From the NCBI RefSeq assembly GCF_032444005.1, contig NC_091288.1, positions 213,280,001 to 213,344,000 of the forward strand: 64,000 bases of DNA, read 5' to 3'. Shown here in pieces: positions 14,601 through 27,800 of the stretch. Each line of letters begins with the position of its first letter. Position 1 is the first letter of the stretch. Source of the DNA: Ranitomeya imitator (Eukaryota). Position numbers and translations under genes: made by a program. The notes under the pieces were generated by a model. It saw only the letters and a list, made by a program, of their open reading frames with translations. It made no database searches and had not been told where the DNA came from.

Positions 14601-17600
14601 CATCGGGTATTCTAGAATATGCATGTCCACATAGTATATTGCCCAGCCACGTAGTATATTGCCCAGCCACGTAGTATATTGCCCAGCCACGTAGTATATT
14701 GCCCAGCCACGTAGTATATTGCCCAGCCACGTAGTATATTGCCCAGTCACGTAGTATATTGCCCAGCCACGTAGTATATTGCCCAGCCACGTAGTATATT
14801 GCCCAGTCACGTAGTATATTGCCCAGCCACGTAGTATATTGCCCAGCCACGTAGTATATTGCCCAGTCACGTAGTATATTGCCCAGTCACGTAGTATATT
14901 GCCCAGCCACGTAGTATATTGCCCAGCCACGTAGTATATTGCCCAGTCACATAGTATATTGCCCAGTGACGTAGTATATTGCCCAGCCACGTAGTATATT
15001 GCCCAGACATGTAGTATATTGCCCAGTTACGTAGTATATTGCCCAAACACGTAGTATATTGCCCAGCCACGTAGTATATTGCCCAGTTATGTAGTATATT
15101 GCCCAGTTATGCAGTATATTGCCCAGTCACGTAGTATATTGCCCAGCCACGTAGTATATTGCCCAGTTATGTAGTATATTGCCCAGTCACGCAGTATATT
15201 GCCCAGTCACGTAGTATATTGCCCAGCCACGTAGTATATTGCCCAGTTATGTAGTATATTGCCCAGTCACGTAGTATATTGCCCAGTCACGTAGTATATT
15301 GCCCAGTCACGCAGTATATTGCCCAGTTACGCAGTATATTGCCCAGTTATGTAGTATATTGCCCAGTGACGTAGTTTACAGCACAGAGCCACGTAGTATA
15401 TTGCCCAGTCACGTAGTATATTGCCCAGTCACGTAGTATATTGCCCAGCCACGTAGTATATTGCCCAGCCACGTAGTATATTGCCCAGTCACGTAGTATA
15501 TTGCCCAGTCACGCAGTATATTGCCCAGTTATGTAGTATATTGCCCAGTGACGTAGTTTACAGCACAGAGCCACGTAGTATATTGCCCAGCCAGGTTTGT
15601 CACAGGTAAAAAAATAAACATATACTCACCTTTCCGAGGGAGCTCTTGTAGTCCACGGCAGCTTCCGGTCCCAGGGTTGGTATTAGCGCAGGACCTGTGA
15701 TGACGTAGCGGTCACATGACCGTGACGTCATGGCAGGTCCTTCTGCCACCGGAACCTGCAACGGAAGATGGCGGCCGGCACGAGTATAGCAGTTTTTTTT
15801 ATTATTATTTTTAACATTACATTTTTTACTATTGATGCCGCATAGGCAGCGTCAATAGTAAAAAGTTGGGGACACACAGGGTTAATAACGGCGGTAACGG
15901 AGTGCGTTACCCGCGGCATAACGCGGTCCGTTACCGCTGGCATTAACCCTGTGTTAGCGGTGACTGGAGGGGAGTATGCGGGCGACAGGCACTGACTTCG
16001 GGGAGTAAGGAGCGGCCATTTTGTTCCGGACTGTGCCCGTTGCTGATAGGTCGCGGCAGCCATGACAGGCAGCTGGCGAGGCCAATCAGCGAATGAATAA
16101 CCAAGACAGAAGGACGGACAGACAGACAGAAGTGACCCTTAGATAATTATATATAAGATAATTGTGCCCCTATATACAAGAATATAACTACTATAATACT
16201 TCCCCTATGTACAGGAATATAACTACTATAATACTGCCCCTATGTACAAGAATATAACTACTATAATACTGCCCCTATGTACAAGAATATAACTACTATA
16301 ATACTGCCCCTATGTACAGGAATATAACTACTATAATACTGCCTCCTATGTACAAGAATATAACTACTATAATACTGCCCCTATATACAAGAATATAACT
16401 ACTATAATACTGCTCCTATGTACAAGAATATAACTACTATAATACTGCTCCTATGTACAAGAATATAACTACTATAATACAGCTCCTATGTGCAAGAATA
16501 TAACTACTATAATACTGCTCCTATGTACAAGAATATAACTACTATAATACTGCCCCTATGTACAAGAATATAACTACTATAATACTGCCCCTATGTACAA
16601 GAATATATCTACTATAATACTGCCCCTATGTACAAGAATATAACTACTATAATACTGCCCCTATGTACAAGAATATAACTACTATAATACTGCCCCCTAT
16701 GTACAAGAATATAACTACTATAATACTGCTCCTATGTACAAGAATATAACTACTATAATACTGCCCCTATGTACAAGAATATAACTACTATAATACTGCC
16801 CCTATGTACAAGAATATATCTACTATAATACTGCCCCTATGTACAAGAATATAACTACTATAATACTGCCCCTATGTACAAGAATATAACTACTATAATA
16901 CTGCCCCCTATGTACAAGAATATAACTACTATAATACTGCCCCTATGTACAAGAATATAACTACTATAATACTGCCTCCTATGTACAAGAATATATCTAC
17001 TATAATACTGCCCCTATGTACAAGAATATATCTACTATAATACTGCCCCTATGTACAAGAATATAACTACTATAATACTGCCCCTATGTACAAGAATATA
17101 ACTACTATAATACTGCCCCCTATGTACAAGAATATAACTACTATAATACTGCCCCTATGTACAAGAATATAACTACTATAATACTGCCCCTATGTACAAG
17201 AATATATCTACTATAATACTGCCCCTATGTACAAGAATATAACTACTATAATACTGCTCCTATGTACAAGAATATAACTACTATAATACTGCCCCTATGT
17301 ACAAGAATATAACTACTATAATACTGCCCCTATGTACAAGAATATATCTACTATAATACTGCCCCTATGTACAAGAATATAACTACTATAATACTGCCCC
17401 TATGTACAAGAATATAACTACTATAATACTGCCCCCTATGTACAAGAATATAACTACTATAATACTGCCCCTATGTACAAGAATATAACTACTATAATAC
17501 TGCCTCCTATGTACAAGAATATAACTACTATAATACTGCTCCTATGTACAAGAATGTAACTACTATAATACTGCCCCCTATGTACAAGAATGTAACTACT

Positions 17601-20600
17601 ATAATACTGCTCCTATGTACAGGAATATAACTACTATAATACTGCTCCTATGTACAAGAATATAACTACTATAATACTGCCTCCTATGTACAAGAATATA
17701 ACTACTATAATACTGCCCCTATGTACAAGAATATAACTACTATAATACTGCCCCTATGTACAAGAATATAACTACTATAATACTGCCCCTATGTACAAGA
17801 ATATAACTACTATAATACTGCTCCTATGTACAAGAATATAACTACTATAATACTGCTCCTATGTACAAGAATATAACTACTATAATACTGCTCCTATGTA
17901 CAAGAATATAACTACTATAATACTGCTCCTATGTACAAGAATATAACTACTATAATACTGCCCCCTATGTACAAGAATATAACTACTATAATACCGCCCC
18001 CTATGTACAAGACTATAACCACTATAATACTGCCCCCTATGTACAAGAATATAACTACTATAATACTGCTCCTATGTACAAGAATATAACTACTATAATA
18101 CTGCTCCTATGTACAGGAATATAACTACTATAATACTGTCCCTATGTACAAGAATATAGCTACTATAATACTGCCCCTATTTACAAGAATATAACTACTA
18201 TAATACTGCTCCTATATACAAGAATATAACTACTATAATACTGTCCCTATGTACAAGAATATAGCTACTATAATACTGCCCCTATTTACAAGATTACTAC
18301 TACTATAATACTGCCCCCTATGTACAAGAATATAACTACTATAATACTGCCCCTATGTACAAGAATATAACTACTATAATACTGCCCCTATTTACAAGAT
18401 TACTACTACTATAATACTGCCCCCTATGTACAAGAATATTACTACTATAATACTGCCCCTATGTACAAGAATATAACTACTATAATACTGCCCCTATGTA
18501 CAAGAATATAACTACTATAATACTGCCCCTATTTACAAGAATATTACTACTATAATACTGCCCCTATGTACAAGAATATAACTACTATAATACTGCCCCT
18601 ATGTACAAGAATATAACTACTATAATACTGCCCCTATTTACAAGAATATTACTACTATAATACTGCCCCTATGTACAAGAATATAACTACTATAATACTG
18701 CCCCTATGTACAAGAATATAACTACTATAATACTGCCCCTATGTACAAGAATATAACTACTATAATACTGCCCCTATGTACAAGAATATAACTACTATAA
18801 TACTGCCCCTATGTACAAGAATATAACTACTATAATACTGCCTCCTATGTATAAGAATATAACTACTATAATACTGCCCCTATGTACAAGAATATAACTA
18901 CTATAATACTGCCCCTATGTACAAGAATATAACTACTATAATACTGCCCCTATGTACAAGAATATAACTACTATAATACTGCCCCTATGTACAAGAATAT
19001 AACTACTATAATACTGCCTCCTATGTATAAGAATATAACTACTATAATACTGCCCCTATGTACAAGAATATAACTACTATAATACTGCCCCTATGTACAA
19101 GAATATAACTACTATAATACTGCCCCCTATGGGGGAAGACTATAGGAATTGTACGATAACATGTCTGTCTTTTCCCAGGATCCCTTGCAGTGTCAGTCAC
19201 AGACATGAGAGCCCCATTGGTGGGGGGCTCGGGCGGTGTATATGCGCTGTGTTCTGCCCATCTCGCTAACGTTGTTATGGTGAGTTATTACCTCATACTG
19301 TACATTATATATATCTCGTATATTTTAGCTTATGTCCGCCGGCCTCCTCGCCTGTGAGGCGCCTGATGCAGAGAAATCACTGCAGTGACATCAGTATTAA
19401 AGGACATTTATGAAGGTTATATGAGAAGAATGAATGTGGGCTGAGTCTTCGTCTCTGCGCCCTTCTGCTACCGCCTGTGACACCAGTGACCTGAGGGGAG
19501 GCGACAGCTCGGCACTAGTGACACGGGCGGTGAGGAGCGGAGCTGACGGCGCACAGAGGATTTTCCTCCGCTGGAGGATTATTCTGTGACACGGGGCCGG
19601 AGCGGCGGCATACGGGATGGGGGTCCTGTCATTACAGGGAGGCTCGGCTGCAGTCACGGCGCCCTCAGTAACAGGGAGGCATGAGAACAGGACAAGGCCT
19701 AGTCATGGTTACCATAGCAACCACATCCTGACCTAAATTCACTTACAAGTCAAAGCCCGGCCTGAAATATTAACGGTCACAATTCCGAAATGTAGAAACC
19801 ACCATGCCTGTGCGTCAGGACTCCGATGGCCTCACATGTCGCTGTGCAGCCCTAGTGTTTAGGGGGTATTTCCATCTCCAAGATCTGATCCCAATATGTA
19901 GTGGGTAGAATAATATTAGCAAATACCTTCAAATACAAATGTAGTATAGTTCTTCTGATTAGCTATCTTGCTTACTCCATGTGCAGAGCATTGCATTAGC
20001 TTAGGCATCCATGGTTACTACCACTCATACACTGACAGTTAGTTGCTAGTGGCCATAACCATGGATACCTAAGCTACTGCAGTGCCCCGCACATGGGGTA
20101 AATGGCATAGCTAATCAGAAGAACTATACATTTCTAATTGGAGGTATTTTTTGCTAAATTTTATACCTACTATATATTGGGATAGGATCTTGGGGATGGG
20201 ACAACCAACATGTCCCTGTACACCGGCTGGCTCCCGATAACCTCTCACTTCTCTTCCTGGCAGAACTGGGCCGGGATGCGCTGTCCGTACAAGGTTCTCC
20301 GAATGGTTCTTGCGTTGGTCTGCAGTAAGTATTCACCCCGCTAGAAAAGATTTTACTCCTTTAATCTTCCGTCTTATGAGTGAATATCGTGACCAAATAA
20401 TATCGTGGCCAAATAATGGCGTTTAAAGGGATTCTCCGTGGGGTGCCGATGAGTTCTCATGGCACCAGGGGACCATTGCGGCCATTATTTTCCTCCTGTG
20501 AAGCCCTTGGCAGGAGAACGTCACTTCTAATATATATTGCAATACTGTAGTATAGAAGTATATATAAAAAAAATTGATCAAAATGATCACGTTAAAAAAA

Positions 20601-21899
20601 TAAAAAAAATAAATAAAAAATAAAATCCAAACAAAAGAAATAAAGCAAATCTGGCATCACTGCGCCCATAAAAGTCCAATCTACCATAAGACACAATAAA
20701 AAAAAAATAAATTGTGATTTTTCCATTCATACACCTTGCCCAATTTTTTTTTTTTTTTTTTTTTAAATACAATAAAAAGTGATCCAAACATAGTATATAC
20801 CCCAAAATGTTATCAATAAGAACATCAGGTTATTGTGCAAAAAAAAAAAAAAAAAAAAAAACAAACCCTCACGAAGCTGCATCAAGGAAAAATAAATAAC
20901 AGATATTAGAAAAAAATCAAAAATAGAAAGTAGATATCATTTTTTTTTTTTTACCACTTAGGCTGTGTACGCACATTGCGTTTTTTTCCGATAAAAACGC
21001 TATAAAACCGCAAAAAAAAAACGCATACAATAAGCATCCCATCATTTAGAATGAATTCCGCATGTTTTGTGCACATGATGCGTTTTTTTTTCCGCGAAAA
21101 AAAACGCATCGCGGTAAAAACCGCAGCATGTTCATTAATTTTGCGGTTTTCCCACTACAAAATGCATTGGGAAATGTCCGGAAAAAAACGCGGCAAAACC
21201 GCATGCAGATTTCTTGCAGAAAATGTCCGTTTTTTCTCAGGAATTTTCTGCGGGAAATCCTGAACGTGTGCACATAGCCTAAGGCTGTGTGCACACGTTG
21301 CGTTTTTTCCCCTCGATAAAAACGCATACGTATGCATCCTATCATTTAGAATCCATTCTGCAATTTTTGTGCACATGATGCATCTTTTTCCACGAAAAAA
21401 AAACGCATTGCGGTAAAAAAAAGCAGCATGTTCATTAATTTTGAGGATTTTTCGCGTTTATCCCGCTATTTAATGCATTGGGAAAGCTCTAGAAAGAAAA
21501 AAAAAAAAAAAGAAGTAAAAACCGGATAAAAAAACGCATGCGGATTTCTGGCAGAAATGTCCGTTTTTTGTCCTGAACGTGTGCACGTACCCTGAATCCA
21601 GAGTGACGCTCTTCTCTTTCTCCGCAGTGAGCTCGGAGGTGGGCCGCGCAGTCTGGCTTCGTTTCTCCCCTCCTTTACCGGCCGCTGGCCCTCAGCCCAG
21701 TTTCATGGCGCACCTGGCGGGCGCGGCGGTCGGGGTCAGCATGGGACTCACCATCTTGCGGAGTTACGAGGAGAACCTCCAGGACCAGTGCGGATGGTGG
21801 GTGATCTTGCTTTGCTACGCCACCTTCCTGGCGTTCGCCATTTTCTGGAATGTGTTCGCTTACGACTTGCTCGGAGTCCAGATCCCGCACCCTCCGTGA
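2678..21899 (+). CDS. RHBDL1: Rhomboid-related protein 1 (intramembrane serine protease); 5'-partial, first coding exon upstream of the window
   Basis: Exons 2678-2836, 3541-3765 (GC donor), 8167-8315, 12259-12371, 19179-19279, 20264-20324 and 21628-21899 (TGA). Phases join in frame. The translation ([70 protein letters not shown]) closely matches vertebrate RHBDL1. Catalytic Ser codon at 19229-19231 and His codon at 21711-21713 are intact. Confidence 0.97.
3060..3459. mobile_element. MITE with 19-bp TIRs and TTA target duplication (PIF/Harbinger-like)
   Basis: TTA|GGCTACTTTCACACTAGCG ... CGCTAGTGTGAAAGTAGCC|TTA. 400 bp, internally palindromic, no coding capacity. Confidence 0.9.
4040..4800 (-). 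mobile_element. Degraded Tc1/mariner transposase relic
   Basis: Minus-strand remnants [28 protein letters not shown] and [10 protein letters not shown] (4155-4184) resemble the Tc1 catalytic domain, with many frameshifts. TA|CAGTACTGTGCAAAAGT near 4845 looks like a Tc1-type end. Boundaries are approximate. Confidence 0.65.
4991..6860. repeat. 33-bp minisatellite (CATCATCAGTATCTGGTGAGCGCCTGTTGTCTC) with 30-bp variants
   Basis: Direct tandem periodicity that decays towards the right end. Unit lengths divisible by 3 explain the three ORFs of over 560 aa. Confidence 0.95.
6899..8050. repeat. Inverted-repeat-bounded segment of about 1.15 kb (putative non-autonomous DNA transposon)
   Basis: 6900-7012 (AAACATCTTGGAGAGCTGACCCCAGATCTTC...CCCAGACAGACGGGATGATGTGAGA) is the reverse complement, with one indel, of 7970-8048. 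Confidence 0.55.
12559..19130. repeat. 35-bp (35/36) satellite CTATGTACAAGAATATAACTACTATAATACTGCCC, split by a Helitron
   Basis: Arrays at 12559-14576 and 16159-19130, about 140 units in total, filling most of the RHBDL1 intron 12372-19178. Confidence 0.97.
14577..16158 (-). mobile_element. Non-autonomous Helitron carrying an internal 20-bp VNTR
   Basis: On the minus strand it begins A|TC (16158) and ends with the hairpin CCCGAT-N8-ATCGGG, then 7 nt, then CTAG|T (14577). Inserted at an A|T site with no target duplication. Internal array of GTAGTATATTGCCCAGCCAC at about 14628-15590. Confidence 0.85.
19861..20206. mobile_element. Fold-back MITE (about 345-bp hairpin; AGGGG-type end, T2/Kolobok-like)
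   Basis: The left arm (CCATCTCCAAGATCTGATCCCAATATGTAG...GTTCTTCTGATTAGCTAT) pairs with the right arm. The inner arms (AGCTTAGGCATCCATGGTTA / TAACCATGGATACCTAAGCT) also pair. Confidence 0.75.
20961..21279. mobile_element. MITE (GGCTGTGT..CAC TIR family), first of a tandem pair
   Basis: TTA|GGCTGTGTACGCACATTGCG ... ACGTGTGCACATAGCC|TAA. Confidence 0.85.
21283..21592. mobile_element. MITE of the same family, second of the pair
   Basis: TAA|GGCTGTGTGCACACGTTGCG ... ACGTGTGCACGTACCC|TGA. Internal sequence is colinear with the first copy. It ends 35 bp before the last RHBDL1 exon. Confidence 0.85.
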
Positions 21900-24343
21900 C
21901 CGTCGCCACCCTCCCTACACCCATCGCGCCCTCGACAGCGGACATTATTCTGGTGCTGAATCGGAGCTTGGTCGACAAAATGGCCGAAGCCTCCTCCGGC
22001 GGGACGGAGGAGGAGATCGACAAGGGGAAAGCAGGACGACTAAGAGCCGGGGGGGAGGAGAAGAGCCGCCTTCTCACCTCCGTCCAGTACAGCAGAGTCA
22101 TGTGATGTTTGCTATATATGTGGTTAGGTGACTTTTTTTTTTTTTATAATCAAATTTTTTTTCTCCTTCTGCTGCCTGTAGATTGAGCTAAAACAATAGG
22201 TGGGTTATCGTCGGGCGAGTATACCCCGCCCAAAAATATTTACACTGTGATGTCATAGCGGATACAAGGCTACTGGCCCTTTAAGGCACAGTGGGCGCCA
22301 GTACAATTCAGGCAAGATGGCGGTCGCGGTTACTACTGATGCTAGCGTATACTGCCCACTAGAGGCCGACGGCGGTAATATAACTTTAGAGCACCGATTT
22401 CCTCTACCAGTGGACGGCGCCAATTTTCTGCTTCTTTTAAGAGTATTTACCCCCTAAACGCTCCAAAAAAACCATTTCCAAGAGCCAAAAGTTTTTTTTT
22501 TTTCCCCCGTTACTAGAGTTGCATCTGGGATTTTCTTGTTTTTTTTTTTTTTTTTTTTTAGAATTACCATTTTTGGGTCCGTACGACTTTTCTTTCTGAA
22601 AACAGCATTTTGTATTTTTTTTATTTTTCTACCCCCCGCTCCACATTGTGACAAGAATATATTTTATCAGTTCTGAAAATTACGCGAGCGCCGATCGTTC
22701 GTGTTATATAGAATTTAAAAAATAAAATAAAAATTAAATTGACATTTTTCCCCCCTAAAAAAATGAGGCAATAGGAACTTTTATATATTTTGGGAGGCAG
22801 ACACAGGGGTGCCGTTATTACTGTATTTGCCCCTTCTACCAAGGTGCCATTTGCCAAGTACTGGCGCTCAACCCCTGCTTACCGGTATTTTTTAATTATT
22901 ATTTAAAGGGGAAGTGCCGTTTTTTAATAAATGCCTTAAATTTCCTGTTTATTATGAACCATTTACCTCGGACGAGCAACTAAAAAAAATATTAAAATAA
23001 ATAATAAAAAAAAAAAAAAAAAAAAAAGAGGGGCAACATGGAAGAAGCCGATGCATCCTTTCATCTAATCCAGACTTTCTAGTCGCGGATTTACATAATA
23101 ATCTGCGGGAGTCGGGTTACCATGGTAACGACAAAGCGCATCTGATTATTACGACTCCATCGTTCTTTAATTAGAAATCTTATTATGTTTTAATTTAAAG
23201 GAACAAACTCCTGCTCCGGAGCAGAAATTTCTTTATTTTTCCTGAATATTCCTTCAGAGCTGCATTCAGAATTCAGCAGTACAAAGTCTGACCAAAATCG
23301 CTGTCTGTTTCCAACGGCAACCAGAAGAATTATGAATTCAGCTCCGGATATCACAAAAAAAAAAAAAAAAAGGATTAGTCATGGATTTTGCAGATTACAC
23401 TCTTGCCTGATGATAACCCATCTCCCGACATTTTGTAGCGCTCACAATGTTGCCTCAGTTTTGCGCCTCTCAAAATTTATCCAATTTTTTTTTTTTTTAG
23501 TTTTTTTTTTCTACCGGCCTTTCAGCCTTATAAAGAATGACACAAAGGAGAAGAGAACATGGCGCCAATCTGTCTACAACTTACCAGGGGGAAATGTTTT
23601 GACAGGACACACATGAATGTTATTTGGGTTTTTATAACTTCTCTCAATCTGCATGGAGAATCCTGTCACGTTACAATTTTTAACATCTGACCTAGAAAAT
23701 GGGATAAAAAATAATAATTTCCGATCACAATATGAAATATTTAGAAAATAGACGCAACCTAAAAAATATTTTACCTCACATTTTGATATTCAAGACAATG
23801 GGCGGCCATTTCTGGTGCCAGAAGGATGACTGGCGGCCATTTTAGAACAGAAAACTACCACTTGTGTTCTTCTTCACAGAGCAACCAATCAGATCCTACA
23901 TTTCATTTCTCCCATTGCATTTTACAAATGAAAGCTAAGCTCCGATTGGTTGATATGGGAACTAATCCAAACGCACTTAAGCCTCATTCCTAAATCGGCC
24001 TTGCTGCTCACAGCAACCAATCGCAGTGCTGCTTTTATTTTACCACAGAACCAACAGAAATGAAACCTGAGCTCTCATTGGTTACTATAGGCAACAATGA
24101 CAAGAAGAGGAGATAAAAAAAAAAAATGACTGGCAGCCATTTTGTATAAGCCAACCAGTATAACGTAATGGCAGCCATTTTGAATAACACACAAATGGTG
24201 TCAGATTCCAAAATAAATATATATAAAATGTAATAAAAAGGCAAAAATCTATGTTATAAAGAAAAAAATATATATATATATTTCACAATAGGCAAATTTA
24301 CCGACCAAAAGGAAGAGATTATAAAAAGTAAATTATAAGCATA

Positions 24344-24349
24344 TTTATT
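24344..24349 (-). terminator. Candidate poly(A) signal of the HhH gene
   Basis: AATAAA on the minus strand, about 550 nt after the stop codon. Usage not demonstrated. Confidence 0.4.
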
Positions 24350-24897
24350 ATTCAGAGTATAATACAATGATGGTGTATCTATTATATCGCCCCCTTAACC
24401 CTTGAAAAGACGTCCGAAGTGCCAAAAATGATGAATTTCAGTCCAAATGTAGTGAACAGGGATAATTTTCTACTGACGGAGATTGTGCCACAACGCTTTT
24501 TTATGTTATTTATATTTTGTTCTTATTTGGGAAGATTGTATGAGGAAAATAACAATGGCTTGAAAAAAAAAAAAGACTGAATAAAATCAACATGCTGTAC
24601 ATGACTGAGCCGGTATTATTCTGCACAGCAGTGATATTATGTCTCCGGAGCTGCATTTACACTTCTGCTGTCAGTGAGCGCCTGACTTGTTCAGGGTCAG
24701 TGTCAGGGTGAACACTACAGCTCACAGCGCAGCGGAGTCAGACAAGGCTGCAAAGTGCACAAATACCCCCTAACAAATGTGACCCCTCTGCCCAACGGAT
24801 GTGACAAGTATTCCGAACTATCACTATACAGTGGAGGCCACCACCATCGTACGAAAGCATGAAGAGGTGAACGGGAACAACTATCCTGCTCTAGGGC

Positions 24898-27800
24898 TCA
24901 TCGCTGGATCTTCTGCCTCTTAGGAGGATTTTCTTCCTCATCGTCTGAGAACTCCAGGAGTTTGGGGCACAGTTGTTGGGCTACTTTCCAAGTCCACAGA
25001 CATAGTTCCACACGGTGAGGCGTCCATTCTTCATCCGAGGCTGCAACACACATCGTCTCAGATTATTGGTACTGAAAGAAGATCCTAATCCTGTACGGAT
25101 CCTGAGTTACCTCCTGTATTATACTCCAGAGCTGCACTCACTATTCTGCTGGTGCAGTCACTGTGTACATACATTACTGATCCTGAGTTACATCCTGTAT
25201 TATACCCCAGAGCTGCACTCACTATTCTGCTGGTGCAGTCACTGTGTACATACATTACATTACTGATCCTGAGTTACCTCCTGTATTATACTCCAGAGCT
25301 GCACTCACTATTCTGCTGGTGCAGTCACTGTGTACATACATTACATTACTGATCCTGAGTTACCTCCTGTATTATACCCCAGAGCTGCACTCACTATTCT
25401 GCCGGTGCAGTCACTGTGTACATACATTACATTACTGATCCTGAGTTACATCCTGTATTATACCCCAGAGCTGCACTCACTATTCTGCTGGTGCAGTCAC
25501 TGTGTACATACATTACATTACTGATCCTGAGTTACCTCCTGTATTATACCCCAGAGCTGCACTCACTATTCTGCCGGTGCAGTCACTGCGTACATATATT
25601 ACTGATCCTGTGTTACATCTTGTATTATACCCCAGAGCTGCATTCACTATTCTGCTGGAGCAGTCACTGTGTACATACATTACTGATCCTGAGTTACATT
25701 CTGTATTATACCCCAGAGCTGCACTCACTATTCTGCTGGTGCAGTCACTGTGTACATACATTACATTACTGATCCTGAGTTACATCCTGTATTATATCCC
25801 AGAGCTGCACTCACTATTCTGCTGGTGCAGTCACTGTGTACATACATTACATTACTGATCCTGAGTTACATCCTGTATTATACCCCAGAGCTGCACTCAC
25901 TATTCTGCTGGTGCAGTCACTGTGTACATACATTACATTACTGATCCTGAGTTACAGCCTGTATTATACTCCAGAGCTGCACTCACTATTCTGCTGGTGC
26001 AGTCACTGTGTACATACATTACATTACTGATCCTGAGTTACCTCCTGTATTATACTCCAGAGCTGCACTCACTATTCTGCTGGTGCAGTCACTGTGTACA
26101 TACATTACATTACTGATCCTGAGTTACATTCTGTATTATACCCCAGAGCTGCACTCACTATTCTGCTGGTGCAGTCACTGTGTACATACATTACATTACT
26201 GATCCTGAGTTACATCCTGCATTATACCCCAGAGCAGCACTCACTATTCTGCTGGTGCAGTCACTGTGTACATAAATTACTGATCCTGAGTTACCTCCTG
26301 TATTATACCCCAGAGCTGCACTCACTATTCTGCTGGTGCAGTCACTGTGTACATACATTACATTACTGATCCTGAGTTACAGCCTGTATTATACTCCAGA
26401 GCTGCACTCACTATTCTGCTGGTGCAGTCACTGTGTAACATAGTAACATAGTTAGTAAGGCCGAAAAAAGACATTTGTCCATCCAGTTCAGCCTATATTC
26501 CATCATAATAAATCCCCAGATCTACGTCCTTCTACAGAACCTAATAATTGTATGATACAATATTGTTCTGCTCCAGGAAGACATCCAGGCCTCTCTTGAA
26601 CCCCTCGACTGAGTTCGCCATCACCACCTCCTCAGGCAAGCAATTCCAGATTCTCACTGCCCTAACAGTAAAGAATCCTCTTCTATGTTGGTGGAAAAAC
26701 CTTCTCTCCTCCAGACGCAAAGAATACCCCCTTGTGCCCGTCACCTTCCTTGGTATAAACAGATCCTCAGCGAGATATTTGTATTGTCCCCTTATATACT
26801 TATACATGGTTATTAGATCGCCCCTCAGTCGTCTTTTTTCTAGACTAAATAATCCTAATTTCGCTAATCTATCTGGGTATTGTAGTTCTCCCATCCCCTT
26901 TATTAATTTTGTTGCCCTCCTTTGTACTCTCTCTAGTTCCATTATATCCTTCCTGAGCACCGGTGCCCAAAACTGGACACAGTACTCCATGTGCGGTCTA
27001 ACTAGGGATAATGTACATACATTACATTACTGATCCTGGGTTACATCCTGTATTATACCCTAGAGCTGCACTCACTATTCTGCTGGTGCAGTCACTGTGC
27101 ACATACATTACAATACTGATCCTGAGTTACCTCCTGTATTATACTCCAGAGCTGCACTCACTATTCTGCTGGTGCAGTCACTGTGTACATACATTACAAT
27201 ACTGATCCTGAGTTACCTCCTGTATTATACTCCAGAGCTGCACTCACTATTCTGCTGGTGCAGTCACTGTGCACATACATTACAATACTGATCCTGAGTT
27301 ACCTCCTGTATTATACTCCAGAGCTGTACTCACTATTCTGCTGGTGCAGTCACTGTGTACATACATTACAATACTGATCCTGAGTTACCTCCTGTATTAT
27401 ACTCCAGAGCTGCACTCACTATTCTGCTGGTGCAGTCACTGTGTGCATACATTACATTACTGATCCTGAGTTCCATCCTGTATTATACCCCAGAGCTGCA
27501 CTCACTATTCTGCTGGTGCAGTCACTGTGTACATACATTACATTACTGATCCTGAGTTACATCCTGTATTATACTCCAGAGCTGCAATCACTATTCTGCT
27601 GGTGCAGTCACTGTGTACATACATTACTGATCCTGAGTTACCTCCTGTATTATACTCCGGAGCTGCAATCACTATTCTGCTGGTGCAGTCACTGTGTACA
27701 TACATTACATTACTGATCCTGAGTTACATCCTGTATTATACCCCAGAGCTGCAATCACTATTCTGCTGGTGCAGTCACTGTGTACATACATTACTGATCC

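Noticed and set aside
12559-19130. Regular 35-bp repeats resembling a CRISPR array
   Set aside because: No unique spacers, no cas genes, and a eukaryotic intron context. The same applies to the other arrays.
23800-24190. Multiple CCAAT/ATTGG and ATGGC motifs suggesting a promoter
   Set aside because: They occur as AGCAACCAATC...GATTGGTT hairpin repeats also seen near 60345-60400, between two gene 3' ends. This is more consistent with MITE relics.
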